Origin: the human T2T-CHM13v2.0 reference genome, Homo sapiens
DNA: 64,000 nt
Strand: one strand, 5' to 3'
Assembly (NCBI RefSeq): GCF_009914755.1
Contig: NC_060932.1
Part shown: positions 1-20,790 of the stretch, in pieces
How positions within the stretch are numbered: the first letter of the stretch is position 1
How the letters are laid out: each line of letters starts with the position of its first letter
Notes under the pieces: model-generated
What the model was told of the DNA's origin: nothing
Databases searched by the model: none
The model's input: the letters and a program-made list of their open reading frames with translations, nothing else
Made by a program: the position numbers and the translations under genes

Positions 1-3000
1 TCATTCACGTGCTTCTGTCCCTACTGACTTCAGGGCTGTACTCGCCAATGTCTCCAGGAGCTTAGCACTGACAACGATGTTTTGAATCAATACGGTTATT
101 GTAAACATTGGAGAAGTCATCCCAAGTTTCTGTAAGTACCATGCCCATTTGCACGTTACTCACTAGCTATTTATTAGGATTTCAGTTTTATAGAAAACGC
201 CATCCTGCCCCCTGCCATGGCCACATAATAAGGTGGTTTGGTCATAAATTTCCTCCATTTTTGTTTGTCAGGTAAAGTCTTCCGGTCTCTTCATTTTTTA
301 AGGTACAGGTTTTAGGTGAATTTTTCTCCCTTTCAAAACTTTAAATATTTTACCTCGTACTGTTTTGGTTGCATGGTTTCTGACAAGAGGTTCTCTGTAA
401 TTCTTACCCTTGTTTCTCCTTAGCTAAGATGCTCTTTTTTTCTGGCTGCTTTCAAGATGTTTCGTTTTCGAAAATTTGAATATGATCTGTCTGGGCATTT
501 TTTACTGATTGATTGATTTTTCTTACCCCACATTATGTTCTCTGAGCCTCCTGTATGGGTGGTTTGGTGTCGGTTTTAGTTTTTGTTTTTGTTTTTGTTT
601 TGGATAGAGGATTTCATTTATAAAACAATTCAAATAGCACTTGGACTTAGGAAACATTTCCAATTTTTATTCATCACACTATTAATCAAAATTGCAACAT
701 CTAGAGTTTTAACAGACACTCTTTGTACTCTTTGGTGAAATGTCTGTTAAACTATTTGTTATTGATCTAGAGCCATAGATCAATAACAAAACAGGGAAAC
801 GAAATGTTCCAGAGACATCTCAAAAGTGCCAAAGAAACACGCACTAGGCTAAAATTCTACAGGTAAACCATCATCACACAGCAGGTTCTATTCATTCCTG
901 TATTTTCGCAGTAAGTTCTTCCTTATGTTTGCCTTTCTCTTTTCTGACTTGTCAAGACTTGGCTTTGCACTCAAGAACTTTTTCCCATTTCTTGTCCAGC
1001 TTTAGCCTGTGATAACCACCTGGCTCGGGCGAATGCCCACAAAGACGGCGGTCCCATTGGTTCTTCTCACACTGCACCCACTCCGTGTAGATGACATTTA
1101 TTTATGTACATCTGGACCACCTTGCTGATTTGCTGACCTTTGTAGTGTCTTCCAACCACCTGGACCTCTTTATCCTTGAGGATGGGCATGGAGTGGACAC
1201 TGTGCTTCTGCTTCAGCTCCTTGCTGGGATATCATGCTGGGAGAGCAGGGACGGCAAGATGTTCCTGTGCACATGTGAGGGGCCAGTGAAGTGACATTTG
1301 CAGTTTTGGCTGTGGTCTAAGGTGATGAAGGGATTGAACTTTATGCTCACCATCTGGCTTCGGCCGGCCTAGTGGTGTCTGTCTTTTATTTAAGAAAGTT
1401 TTTGGCTATTATTACTTTGAATATTTCTTTTGCACTGTTCTCCATTCCCTCTTCAACTTTTCCTGTTAATCATATGTTTTGTTATGCCTTTTAAGATTGC
1501 TCCACTTTTATGTGCTATTCTGTTCTTTTTTAAAGTTTTTTTTTCTATTTTCCTTTCAATGTGGGAAATTTCTATTGATATATTTTCAAGCTCACTGATT
1601 TCTCCTCAGATATGTGAAGTCTACTGATGAGCCCATCAAAGACAGTGTTTATTTCTTCTATGGTATTTTCAGTTTCTAGCATTTTGTTTTGTTTCCTTAT
1701 TCACATTTCCATCTGTCTGCTTACATTACTGTTGCATGTCACCCACTTTTTCTAGTAGAACCCTTAACAGGTTGAGCACGGTAATTGTAAATTCCAAGCC
1801 AGATAATCCCCAAATCTCTGCCATATCTGAGTTTGGTTTTGATATTTTCTGTTTGTCTCGTTACACTGTTTTTTGAGGATACCTTGCATTTCTTTGTTGA
1901 ACACTGGACGACATTTACAAAGTGAAAAGAGCTGAGGTAAATAGACATGTAACAGATGGTCTTACATTTATCTGAGTGGTAATTAGATTGTTTTATTGTT
2001 TGGTATAATTGTAGGTGGCAGAGACTAAAATTTCTTTTAGCATCTTTTACCCCTCATTTTTGTGTGTGGGTTTCCCTAGATATTCCTCCTTGGGAAGTGT
2101 CTAAGTCTTGCAGTTCTTTAAGTTGTATTCTTCTGCCATTACACAGGAGCTCTGTTAAAGTGGTGGTAATGTGGGTGGGTGGGTAGAAGGGAACATCGTA
2201 TAATCCTATGTTAGATCTCACTATTTCAGTGAGATGTGTTCCAGGGCTATGACCTCACAAGCACTCTCAGCTTCTACTCCCCAATGTCAACCTCCAGTCT
2301 TCCCTGAGAAGAGGCAAACAGGCTAGTTGAGGCTGGAGTTGGACATTTTTCTTCTCCATGTTGAAAGCAAATTGGGCTGGCATTGGATAGTTTTTTGTTT
2401 TTTTTTTTCTCGAGGTCAGGCACGTTCTGATAAAATATTAATTTAAAATAGTATTTCAAAATGGTTAGTTTTCCTGCCACCCTGCCAGAAGCAGGAAGGA
2501 ATTTTTCTGCAGCCTTCACCCTAAGTCTCTAGTGGAATCCCTGAAGGTAAAACTCAGTAAGTTGTGGGTGCCTCTCCCTCCAAAGCCTGAGCCCCGGGAG
2601 TTTGAATCTCAGCTAGTTAACAGCTCAGCCTCCATCACTTAGTCAATTACAGTTTAAATGTTTCTAGCAGTTGCTGGCTCTAACTGTGTCTTCTCCTTCC
2701 AGTTAATTTTGATTCTCTATGTTCACCTGTCTCCCACCCCGTGGTTTTCAGGGAGGTAGTTTGTCCTGTGACCCCGATTCTCTGATGGGTCTAAGAAGAG
2801 TTGTTCATTTTCAGTTAGTTTGGCTTTTTTCCTGTTGTGAGAATGGGGGATGATGACTTTCATGGTTTTACAACTTAGAATGGAAACTGTAAGCCTGTTA
2901 ATGTACTTTGATGTAAAATTTTAAGTTAAACTGTGATGATTTTTTCAGAAAATGATATGTCATCCATATGTACTCTTTGGTGAAGTGTCTGTTAAAACCA

Positions 3001-3620
3001 TTTGCCCTCTTTTAGTGGGCGGTTTTTTTTCTTAGTATTGAATTTTCATGATTTTTTATATTCTAATTAAGCCTTTTATTACATACAATATTAGCAAATC
3101 CCATTTCCCATCCCGAGGCTTTTCCTTTCACTCTCTTAACAGTTTTGTCGAAAGAGCAGAATTCTTACTTTTGGTGTCATATATAAGAAATAGTTGCCTG
3201 AAAAGGTCAAAACAATATTCTCCTGTGTTTTATTATGGAAGAATTATGGTTTTATGGTTTGCAGTTAAACTTATGATTCCTTTAAGTTATAATTTTTATA
3301 GAGTACAAAGAACTGAAGTTAATATTTTTGTGTATGGATATCCAGCATCATTTGTAGAAAAGGCCTTCTTTTCTCTAATAGATTGCCTTTCTATCTTTAT
3401 CAAAAACCAGTTGTCCATGTATCTTTTGGTCTATTTCTGGACTTTCTCTTCTGTTCCATTGGTTTATTTTGTTTATGTTTACACGAATACAACACTGACT
3501 TGATTAACTTATCCTTATAACAGATCTCAAAATCACGTTATGTTCAGTTCGCGTACTTTGCATTTTTTCAAAGATGTTTTGATTATTCTAGATCATTTAC
3601 ATTTAGATATAAATTTTATA
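1..3620 (-). mobile_element. Old, decayed L1M-type LINE (antisense), interrupted by the RPL26L1 pseudogene; resumes after 5160
   Basis: T-rich antisense L1-like phrases (tttctggctgctttcaagat, ttttggctattattactttgaatattt, tctttggtgaagtgtctgtt, tttctggacttctcttctgttccattgg-like); no ORF; boundaries approximate. Confidence 0.6.
574..1370 (-). pseudogene. RPL26L1: Processed pseudogene of ribosomal protein L26-like 1 (uL24)
   Basis: Minus strand reads (ATA)KFNPFITLDHSQNCKCHFTGPSHVHR...[28 protein letters not shown]...KEELTAKIQE* (1344 to 892). SHV and KEEL match RPL26L1 rather than RPL26 (SHI, KEET). Intronless, start ATG>ATA, indels, ~290 nt 3' UTR with AATAAA, decayed A-tail at 574-601, possible short TSD tggtgtc. 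Symbol refers to the parent gene. Confidence 0.9.
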
Positions 3621-3638
3621 CTTAGTTTGTTAATTTTC

Positions 3639-5150
<1,512 letters not shown>

Positions 5151-6514
5151 TAATTTTCATAAGAACCTGATAGTTTTGCTTAGAGTTGCACTGAATATAT
5201 AGCTAAATTGGGAGAAAATGATTTCTTAACTATATCCAGTCTTCTGATCCAAGACCACAATATGTGTCTCTATTTATGTAGGGTTTCTTTGATTTCTCTA
5301 AGCAATGCTTTATAGTTTTATGAGTCCTTGAAATACTCTGATTCATAACATTTTTAAACTTTTTTTTGTTGTGGTAAAATATTCATACCATAAAATTTAC
5401 CATCTTAACTATTTTTTAGTTTAAAGTTCACCGTGAGTAAATACATTCATAATGTTGTGCAGGCATCACTCCTGCCTAGCTCCAGAACTCTTTTTCCTCT
5501 TATAAAATGAGAATTCTGTATCCATTATACAAAAACCCCTTATCCTCCTCTTCTCGTAGCCCCCGTAACTGCCATTGACTCCTAATACTTTATCTCAAAG
5601 TGTGTTATATTTTAATGCTAATATAAATACATGTTTTTAAATGTCCAATTGTAATTACTAGCTTTTAAAGCTTCGATTCTATTTTGTAAAGATTCAGTTG
5701 ATGTGTTCTCTTCTTAGCTCCCAATCTGCTTGGGATCAGGGGACCCTTTTCAATTCCCTGACCTCATTATTCAATGTCCACCAGTGTTGTGAATGAATAG
5801 CTACCTGATCAATTTAATCTTTCATTACCCAAGAATTTTTAGATACCCTGGAGTTTGGGAAGATTAGTAACTTTATCTTGTTTCCTCTTCACCACATATG
5901 GTAAGGGAGCGTTACTGCCTGGCCTGTCTTCATAGGTAACATCCATAGCCTTGGAAGACTTAAAGTTATCATCGGGACAAAGTAAGTTTCCAGTACTCTA
6001 CTTATTACAAGTTTACAGAAGGAAAACATTTAAAAGCAATTTAACTCTTATTCCATGATTTATACTAAAATATTTATTCAAGATTTTCATAGAAAAACAT
6101 CAAGTCTTGTCACAGAAAAACATTAAGCCTGAGTTTCTGACGAATCCATTTTAACAAAAGACGTGTCTGGAATATTCGCTAGTACCATAAAGTAAGAAAT
6201 TGCTCCAAATACCAAAAGGTAGAAACCTGTTCAATAAAATTATGAAAACCATTGAAAAGAGCTTCCAATTGCCGAAATTAATTTGAGCAACAAATTAAGT
6301 AACAAAAACATTGGGTTCTAATTCATAGAATAAAATTAATTGTCATGGAACTCTGATATAAGTAAGTAATGTAATAATTACTAGAATAAATTTTTCAGGA
6401 ATTAGGGAAATAGAAATCACCATTGGCATACAACAGTAGTAAGTGTCATAAGCAAAATTCACTGATGGATGCTAAAATTGTTAGGTGAATGTTTGAACAG
6501 AAACAGTGTATTTA

Positions 6515-11045
<4,531 letters not shown>

Positions 11046-11057
11046 ACAGTGTATTTA

Positions 11058-11723
11058 AATAATCAAAAGTATCTCTTCCAAAATATTTATTAATCGCAAA
11101 AGGAAAATAATAATTTTACAATGGAGAAATCTAGAAACACCATCTTAACCAAGAAAATAATTTTATTACCAGTAATAAAAACATATTTATCTTTTGCACC
11201 CTGAGATAATACACCAAGAAGAGTACCTCCATGCTGTAATAGCCTTGTCAAAAACATATAACCACAACTGAACCATTAGTCACCATCAGGTTAACCCAAA
11301 CTAAGGAGCATTCTACAGAATAACTGACCAATACTACTCTTTAAAATGTCAGGCCATGTAACATCTCCTACCTGCTGCCCTACCTCCTTCCACACAAGCA
11401 AACAAACAGAAAGAATGAAAGAAACAATCAAACAAAGAAAAAAGATGTCCTGGATTGGAGAAGACTTAGGGAGAGAAATGACAAAAGCTCAAAAATATAA
11501 CGTGGGGTCCTAAATTGGATCCTGGAACAGGAAAAGGAGATTAGAGGAAAAACTGGTGAAATCTGAATAAATTGTACCTATGATGATTTCTTAGTATTTG
11601 ATAATTTTTCTATGCCTATGTAAGATGTTTACCATTAGCAAAGTTAAGTGAGGGCATGGGTGAACTCTGTATTCCTTTTGATAACTCTGTAATTCTAAAC
11701 TTATTTCAAAATAAAAAATAAAA
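11058..11723 (+). mobile_element. Old L1MC/L1MD-type 3' end; host of the young L1, with its upstream part at ~6300-6500
   Basis: Typical old L1 3' UTR phrases (ttttacaatggagaaatctag, ttggatcctggaacaggaaaagga, aaaactggtgaaatctgaataaa) ending ttatttcaaaataaaaaataaaa. Confidence 0.7.
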
Positions 11724-13322
11724 ATGGAGTCAATCACAGACATGTATATTCTAAATCAAACAGTTCTGCTTTGTTTGCAAGATATTATTGGGATAAAAAC
11801 ATTTTTCTCTCATTTTTGGCCTCAGAAAAAAAATTTTTATTCCATTAGTTCTTAATGGATCTATATTTCTTGAAGAAGCATCAGAGTCATTACATGTTTT
11901 TGCAAAATTATTTTGTATCTCAAAAGAAAAAAAAAATTTTCATTTTTACAACAAATGGAATGTTCAACTCACAACCAGTACTCGAATCATTGGTACCTTC
12001 TTCTTCATCCTGAAAAATCCATAAATCCATCTCACTATAAACATAAGATAGTGCGTCTCCTAATCCAACTGATGACACCAAGTTTATGAACTTCAGGATC
12101 AATAAGAGCCTGTTTTTCCAGCTAGTCATATACAAACATATGGTAAAATTTGGAACTCTACCAAATCTCTGGGAAATCATGTCTAGCTTCTTATGTCAGC
12201 TAAGCTATTTTTTCTCAGCAAAGAATAAGAGGAATATTTTGAAAATCACGAAGAATGTCAGCGTACCAAGAGAATGCCTGAAATAATCAACAATTTCTCT
12301 GGTTTTTACAGGTTGCTTGATAGTAATAGTTACAGAAGAGTTCTGGGAAACCGCAGAAAAGATCTGATAACTGAGTCAGCCTCTAACTGTTTATAAAATT
12401 CTGCAATATTTGGACAACTTAAGTAGATTTTTTAGAGTTGAAAAGGCAGACATTGGACAATTACATGATCAGTTATCCTTTTTTTCTTGAATATTCATCT
12501 TCTCCATCTCAGTTCTATTTTTCTCATGAGCTTTTAAAGCTGATCAGGTGTCTCCAATTATTCTTCAAAGAACTCAACTCTCTTGATCTTCTCTGTCTTC
12601 TCTCAGCTACAATCCTTATACCTTTTTTCCTTTATAGCCACGTTTCCCCTGGAGTAAATTCCCTTGAGTTCCACACCTTTCCCTCAACTCCAGTCCTCGT
12701 AGTCTGGTTCCTGTTTACTGTCTTTGAAGATTATATATTTTCTCTACCTAAGAAGCTTCTGTGGACAACGCCCAGTTGTTATTCTATATGACTGTCCAGC
12801 AGCAATCACCACCATTACCTCCTTCCTCTCTAGCCACTCCTTTTATTCCCAGTTGAAATTTACCCTGTCAGTCGGTCATTAAGTAATGGGTCCTTTTAAG
12901 GCCTGTCCAAACTCACCTTCTAAATGCTGTCCACGTCTCTCTTGGCAAACTCCCGAGTACCCATGGCTGGAATTATATCACCTAGATACAAAATACTCAA
13001 AGTATTTATTTATTAATTAATTAATTCTATGCTGAATGCGTGGCATGTGCCAGGCAAGATTCTAGATGTCAGGAAAGCAAATCAAATGCAATCCTAGCCC
13101 TCACTGAACCTCCCCTCTTGACAACTTCAGACTCATGTAACAATCTGTTATCCTCAAATCTTCATTCAAATATCTCAAGATGGCTCACCTTCTACCCAGT
13201 GATGTCTCTCAAACTTATGCCTTCAATCCATATAGTATGCTAGTAGAAAACTAGCATACAACTCCTAATGTGTGGCTGTGAATCCATGCATGCGAGGGTG
13301 TACAAAGCCCTAAGTGTTCTAG

Positions 13323-14250
<928 letters not shown>

Positions 14251-14449
14251 GATTATTATTATTATTAATTTCAAATTAAGCCTCTAGAGTTTATCTCTTT
14301 CAAAATATCTCTAACTTTTGCCTTAGGTGATATTAAAATAAAATATTACATATTAATAATTTTGCTCCTGTGAATGTAAGATCTAAAAAATTGGATTCAA
14401 TTAGATTTACCACCGAGTTTCTGCAGGTGGTAAGAAAGGCTGTTGAAAG

Positions 14450-14975
14450 AACTACACAGTGGAATATTGCTTAGCCTTTAAGAAGCAGGAAACTCTGCCA
14501 TTTGCAGCAGCGTGGCTGAACCTAGAGGACATTCTGCCAAGTAAAATAAGCCAGGCACAGAAAGACATATACCACACAATATCACTTCTGTGTGAAATCT
14601 AAAAAAGTCAAGTTAGTGGAAGTAGAGAGTAGAATGGTGGCTATTATAGGCAGGAGGAGAGGGGAAGAGAATTGCGGGGGGGAGAGGGAGATATTGGTCA
14701 AAGGGTATAGAGAATCAGTGAGAAAGGAGGAACAGGTCCTGGTGACCTGTAGCATGGCATGTTGACTACAGTTTGTGTCTTGTATATGTTAAAATAGCAA
14801 AAAGAGTGGATTTCAGGTGTTCTCACAACAAAGACATAAGAAACATGTGAGGTGGTGGAAATGTTAATTACCCTGATTTGATCATTTTATGATGTATATG
14901 TATGTGTACTGAAACATCACAGTGTACCTCATAAATATATACAATTATTATTTGTCAATTTAAAATAAAATAAAG
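14450..14975 (+). mobile_element. L1MA-type 3' end (about L1MA7-9)
   Basis: gaacctagaggacatt...aaataagccaggcacagaaagac...gtagagagtagaatggtgg...tttgtcaatttaaaataaaa. Confidence 0.85.
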
Positions 14976-14994
14976 CTTAAAAAGAGCAATTACT

Positions 14995-15415
<421 letters not shown>

Positions 15416-16381
15416 TCAAATGTGTTGAACCCCTTAGAGGTCAGCTGCAGGCAGTAAGGAAAAGAGCAAATGTAAAACTGGAGAAAAATGCAGTATATCA
15501 GAAATTAATATGTCCTGTTTAATCATTAAGAGGAAAGGAATGGAATAAAACTTTCAGAGTATCAGACATGAAAATACTATATATTTTATATTTTACTGGG
15601 AATAATTATTTAAAAAGCTACTTTTATTAATCATAAATTTGCCCAAACTTAATGTTTGTGGGAAAAAGATATTTAGTATTCTTTATGCCTCATTTTAATA
15701 TTATGTATCCTTCTAAGTCATTCTGGCTTATTTTGTACATAAATAGTCAATTAGCAGGACTTTTCAAATAAATATACCTTAATTGTGTTCTCTATACAGG
15801 AATTTTTAAGTAAATCAATGAATATAATAATGAATAAAAGAGTTTTAAAAAGTTTGGATGCTTTTATTAAAGGTAAGACCTTAATGTAAAACACAATAGC
15901 CCAAATAAACAGAGATCCATTAGTCAAGTTATGACAGTTAGTGAGATATTTTGGCTCAGAAACTGTATCGATGACTTTCAATTTCATTACTTAATGGTGA
16001 AATGTCTGCTGGTTTGGTGAAGAGGATCAATAATATCTTATTTCAGTGTTGCCTAATAATGTTGTAATTTTCTTACAAAAGCATTTTCATTAGGAATTAA
16101 AAAAACAACTAAATGGATTCAACAAAATGGAAATAGGAAAGGGATACCAGAACAGAGGAATAATTAACCTTTTAAAGAACTATGTCATTATGTTAAAATC
16201 AAAGTCAGTGAAAATTCAAGACACTAATAGTTTTAAGGTCCTGTGGAAATTGTAACGTTGAATAAATATGTAACAATAGCTTGCTTGACCGATATGGGTA
16301 AGGGTTTGTGCACTGAGACCACAAGAGGTGAGGAGAGTATTTTGGGACAGCCATTCCTTACTTCATTTCATATGTCTTTTT

Positions 16382-16695
16382 TTTTTTAAATTTTATTATT
16401 ATTATACTTTAAGTTTTAGGGTACATGTGCATAACGTGCAGGTTTGTTTCATATGTATACATGTGCCATGTTGGTGTGCTGCACCCATTAACTCGTCATT
16501 TAGCATTAGGTGTATCTCCTAATGCTGTCCCTCTCCCCTCCCCCCACCCCACAACAGTTCCTGGAGTGTGATGTTCCCCTTCCTGTGTGTATGTGTTCTC
16601 ATTGTTCAATTCCCACCTATGAGTGAGAACATGCGGTGTTTGGTTTTTTGTCCTTGCGATAGTGTGCTGAGAATAATGATGAACTGGAAATCATC
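16382..16695 (-). mobile_element. Short L1PA 3' end (about L1PA3-4) with a ~20-nt 5' micro-inversion
   Basis: Antisense L1 3' UTR; sense snippet gatgaactggaaatcatc at 16678-16695; TSD tcatatgtcttttt at 16368-16381 and 16694-16707. Confidence 0.92.
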
Positions 16696-17960
16696 ATATG
16701 TCTTTTTATAAAAGACTGAACTCTTGAGGTATGGTTGTCTCATTTGTATTTGACAGCTTCATAGACATTCAGATTTTCCAGAAGAAATACTGAAAGAAAA
16801 ACTGGGAAAAATATTTCAATACTGGGAAGAAACTCATGCCCAACAAAATAACAACTACATTGAAAACAATTTTTGTTGTAGCCAAATGAATCTAGACTTG
16901 CTTTCTTTTTCTACTTACACATAAGCTATGTCGCAAATTGCTTTGAATGCTGTTTATTCACCATTTTGTAACTATAGATAGCTAACTAAGCCTACTCTGT
17001 TTTAAGGATTGACGTGATGTCTGGAAGTAGTGCAAGTTTCCACAAATAGTTCCGATATATTGGTGTCATTTAGTAAACAATGCCAACCAATCATCACTGC
17101 CTTTGATAACCATGAATTGCTTACCACACATCATATATTTGGTGTGAGATATGCTTTTGGCCAGATCCAACACATAACATTTCTAAGTGATCAATGTGAT
17201 CAGGATCAAACAAAAAGAAGCTGTTTCAGTCTTCAAACTTCTCCTTTTTATACTCTGGAGTCTATATGAAATTTTCAAGGAAACCATGTCCCATAAATTT
17301 ATAAATTTTAGGTTTGCCTCCCATATACAACCCTAGATAGATCAAGAACATCTTGATACAAGCATTCTATAAATATGTACTTTGCTCTTAGAAAAGGTGT
17401 TAGTGTACTTCCTTGTAGCTATGTCATTTGTATATCCTGGTAAGGGGTTCTGATGAGGTTACTTTTCTTGTTTTCCGCACTTCAACCAAGTAAACGAATA
17501 GAAAATATTTCAGGCTTACTAACTTTTCCTTTCCCAATATGGTATAATGTACTACTGACTAATTAGAGTAGTTTTCATTTTTATGCATTTAAGTTTCATG
17601 GAAAAACATATTCTAAGGAAGTAAAAAAAAAATGTGTTACATAATGACTATAGTATCCCAGGAGCCTGCTCCATAAATTATAGCTAAATATATTAAGCAG
17701 AGACGCTTGAATGTCATAGTATTATGACTGAAGATGATGTGGTTCAAAGCATACCATTTTATGTAATTGCTTCTGTGGTCACTTTAATTTCAGAATAATT
17801 TGTCCATGATGAAATAGATAACATATATCTCATATATTCTCTTCCCAAGGAGGTGGTTCATATTACTTGTTTAGACAGAGAAACTGCTTATATTTAGTGA
17901 ATTTAGTGGATCATTATAAAAAAATGATTTTCTAGAGAAGTACAGTTCGATGCTCTAGTT

Positions 17961-18457
17961 CAGAGATACCCAACCCCCAGAACATGGACTATGGGTCCAT
18001 GGCAGGAGGTGAGTGGCAAGCAAATGAGCAAAGCTTCATCTGTATTTACAGCCGCTCCCCATTGCTCACATTACCACCTGATCTCAGCCTCCTGTCAGAT
18101 CAGTGGCAGCATTAGATTCTCACTTATAGAAACAGAAACCCTACTGTGAACTGTGCATGTGAGTGATGTAGGTTGTGCATTCCTATGAGAATCGAAGGCC
18201 TGACTGTCACTGTCTCCTATCAACCCCAGATGGGACCATTTAGTTGCAGGAAAACAAGCTCAGGGTTCCCATCAATTCGACATCGTGGTGAGTTGTATAA
18301 TTATTTTATTATATATTACAATGTAATAATAATAGAAATAAAGTGCACAATAAATGTAATGCACTGGAATCATCCTGAAACCCTCTCACTCCCTGGTCCG
18401 TGGAAAAATTGTCTTCTACGAAACTAGTCCCTGATGCCAAAATGGTTGGGAACCATG
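17961..18457 (+). mobile_element. MER1A (hAT-Charlie non-autonomous DNA transposon)
   Basis: Terminal inverted repeats cagagataccccaacc-like / ggttgggaaccatg, internal gcttcatctgtatttacagccgctcccc and gttgcaggaaaacaagctcaggg; 8-bp TSD (c/t)tctagtt at 17953-17960 and 18458-18465. Confidence 0.9.
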
Positions 18458-18589
18458 TTCTAGTTACTGAAATTTTTCAGAAATAATTTAAGGTACCTTG
18501 ATATGGTAGACTGTGACTTAGATGACTGTTTATGCCTGTTAAATATCACCATTTTGTTTCGTCCCCTTTCTTAAAAATGTAAAAGTTAA

Positions 18590-18919
<330 letters not shown>

Positions 18920-19039
18920 GTAAAAATTTTATTTGTCCTGAAAAATTCAAGTTCGGACTGATAATCTATGGTGCCCCCACAGGATGTTAAGACAGCTTCA
19001 ACTACAAGAAGGAAACTTAAAGTCAATTAAAATAGTGTC

Positions 19040-19715
19040 TGCACCAGTTGTCAGGGGACTGAGAACCTCTCAGTCACATCTCCCCTTTTGTGTCCTGCTT
19101 GTGTCTCCTTTTCCAGTGGCAAGCCCTGGAGGACGCTGCAGGTGAAGGACACTTCACTAAGCTCCCCAGGTACATTTGTGTGGCTTCCACCAAGGCATAG
19201 CCAGTGACACTCACTTTTCAACTTGCCAGTTCTTTCCCAGAGTTGTGACTTCCTCTGAAGATGTGAGCTCTGTCTGCTTGCCAATCTCAGCCAGCCTATA
19301 TCTTGGCATAGGGTTTCGTCCTTGCCCCTCTAGCCCATTGGTTTGATATAACCAGCCTCAGTCCACCTGTACTCCGAGAGAAGGCTTCCAGCTTACCAGG
19401 CCTGCCTGCCAGCTCATGTCAGCTTAAGGGGAACCCAGGGAGGGATGCCTGGGGAAGTCTTGGGAAATCCAGTGAGCTTTCTGCAATCTGTGGTCTTCAA
19501 ATACACCTTCCCCAGTGAGGCATGAATCCCAGCATGGCGGGAAGTGCCTTCCAAGTTTGTTTCATACTTGGATATTCCTCTCAGTCCTAAGGCATTTTTT
19601 TTGGTGTTCTGTCCTATCTTTTCTCAGTATTTAATCCCCTGTATATAGTTAATAATGTTTATATTAAAACTTTTCTCTTTTAATTACTGTGTAGCTTCAA
19701 TTCCTGACTACCCCA
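19040..19715 (+). mobile_element. Probable old ERVL-class solo LTR
   Basis: GC-richer block ending ttatattaaaacttttctcttttaattactgtgtagcttc...cctgact, which resembles an ERVL LTR U5; family not determined. Confidence 0.4.
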
Positions 19716-20179
19716 ATTCACGCATTCCCTATAATGTAAAAATTTTTAGTATCTTTCAGGTTAAAATAATGGCTACGGTTATTACAAAGATAATTCGAAG
19801 AGAAAAATAATGCTTGTCTACTGTCTGCATGATCTGTGACATATTATGTTCATATTAGGGATCCTGAATCATTTAAGAGCAAAAATAAATTAGACAATAG
19901 GATACATAATAACTTTTTGAAGGATTTAACTACAAAACACTATAAATAATCACTGCAAGTAACACTTCATGTCTTGGGGAAATTCACTTATGTAAAGCAT
20001 CTCAATCATTCAGTGTCAGGTCTATAACTATAAATTTTATCAAATGTCAATACTTCTACCTATGTACTGGGTTAAATTCTTTCTTGCCTACTCATTTCAT
20101 TCATTCAGCATTTTTTTATTCTTATCTCTTATTGTTATTCCTCTGTCCTTAGTAGATTATTTCCGTTGACAATCTCACG

Positions 20180-20790
20180 TGCAGTAATATACCCTATCTT
20201 ACCAAATATTTAAGTTAGTTGTAAAAGCTGTTCTTGGGCTCCACGTGTTTCTCTGTTCCTCACTCAATTTCTTTGCTCTCCATTAAAAAAAAAAATCTCT
20301 AAAATAGTGTCAATAGTCATGGCCTGAATCTCCACTTATCCCCACCTCTTCTCTCTTATATTTACACCTGTGGGACTCTCATTTCTCACTTACCCCTCCC
20401 TAGGTTGTCAGCACTCTCCACGTTGCCAGAGGTAAAGGACAATTCTCAGAGTTCTTCATGGTAACCTTTTAAGTGTCCTTCACACAGTTCATACTCCCTC
20501 CTTTTTGAAATGCTTTATTTTTGGCCTGCAGAATACAATATTAAAAATGTATAATTTTTTTCCTTCCCCACTCTCCACTCCTACTCAGCCTACTAACAGA
20601 AATCTTCACCAACCATTACATGTTGGGATACCCAAGATTTAGATGTGGGGCTTCTGTTCTCTTCTCCATTTACTCACAGGGTAAATACACTTTGTTCTAT
20701 GACATCTAAGCATTCTCATATTTTTGTTTTTAGTCTTGAACTCTCCTAGGAACTTCAGTCTCATATTACTCTCTTCTTAAACATGTCTAC
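20180..20790 (+). mobile_element. L2 fragment
   Basis: Pyrimidine-rich L2-like phrases (ctccacgttgcca, ctccctcctttttgaaatgcttt, ttgaactctcctaggaacttcagtctcatatt). Confidence 0.55.
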
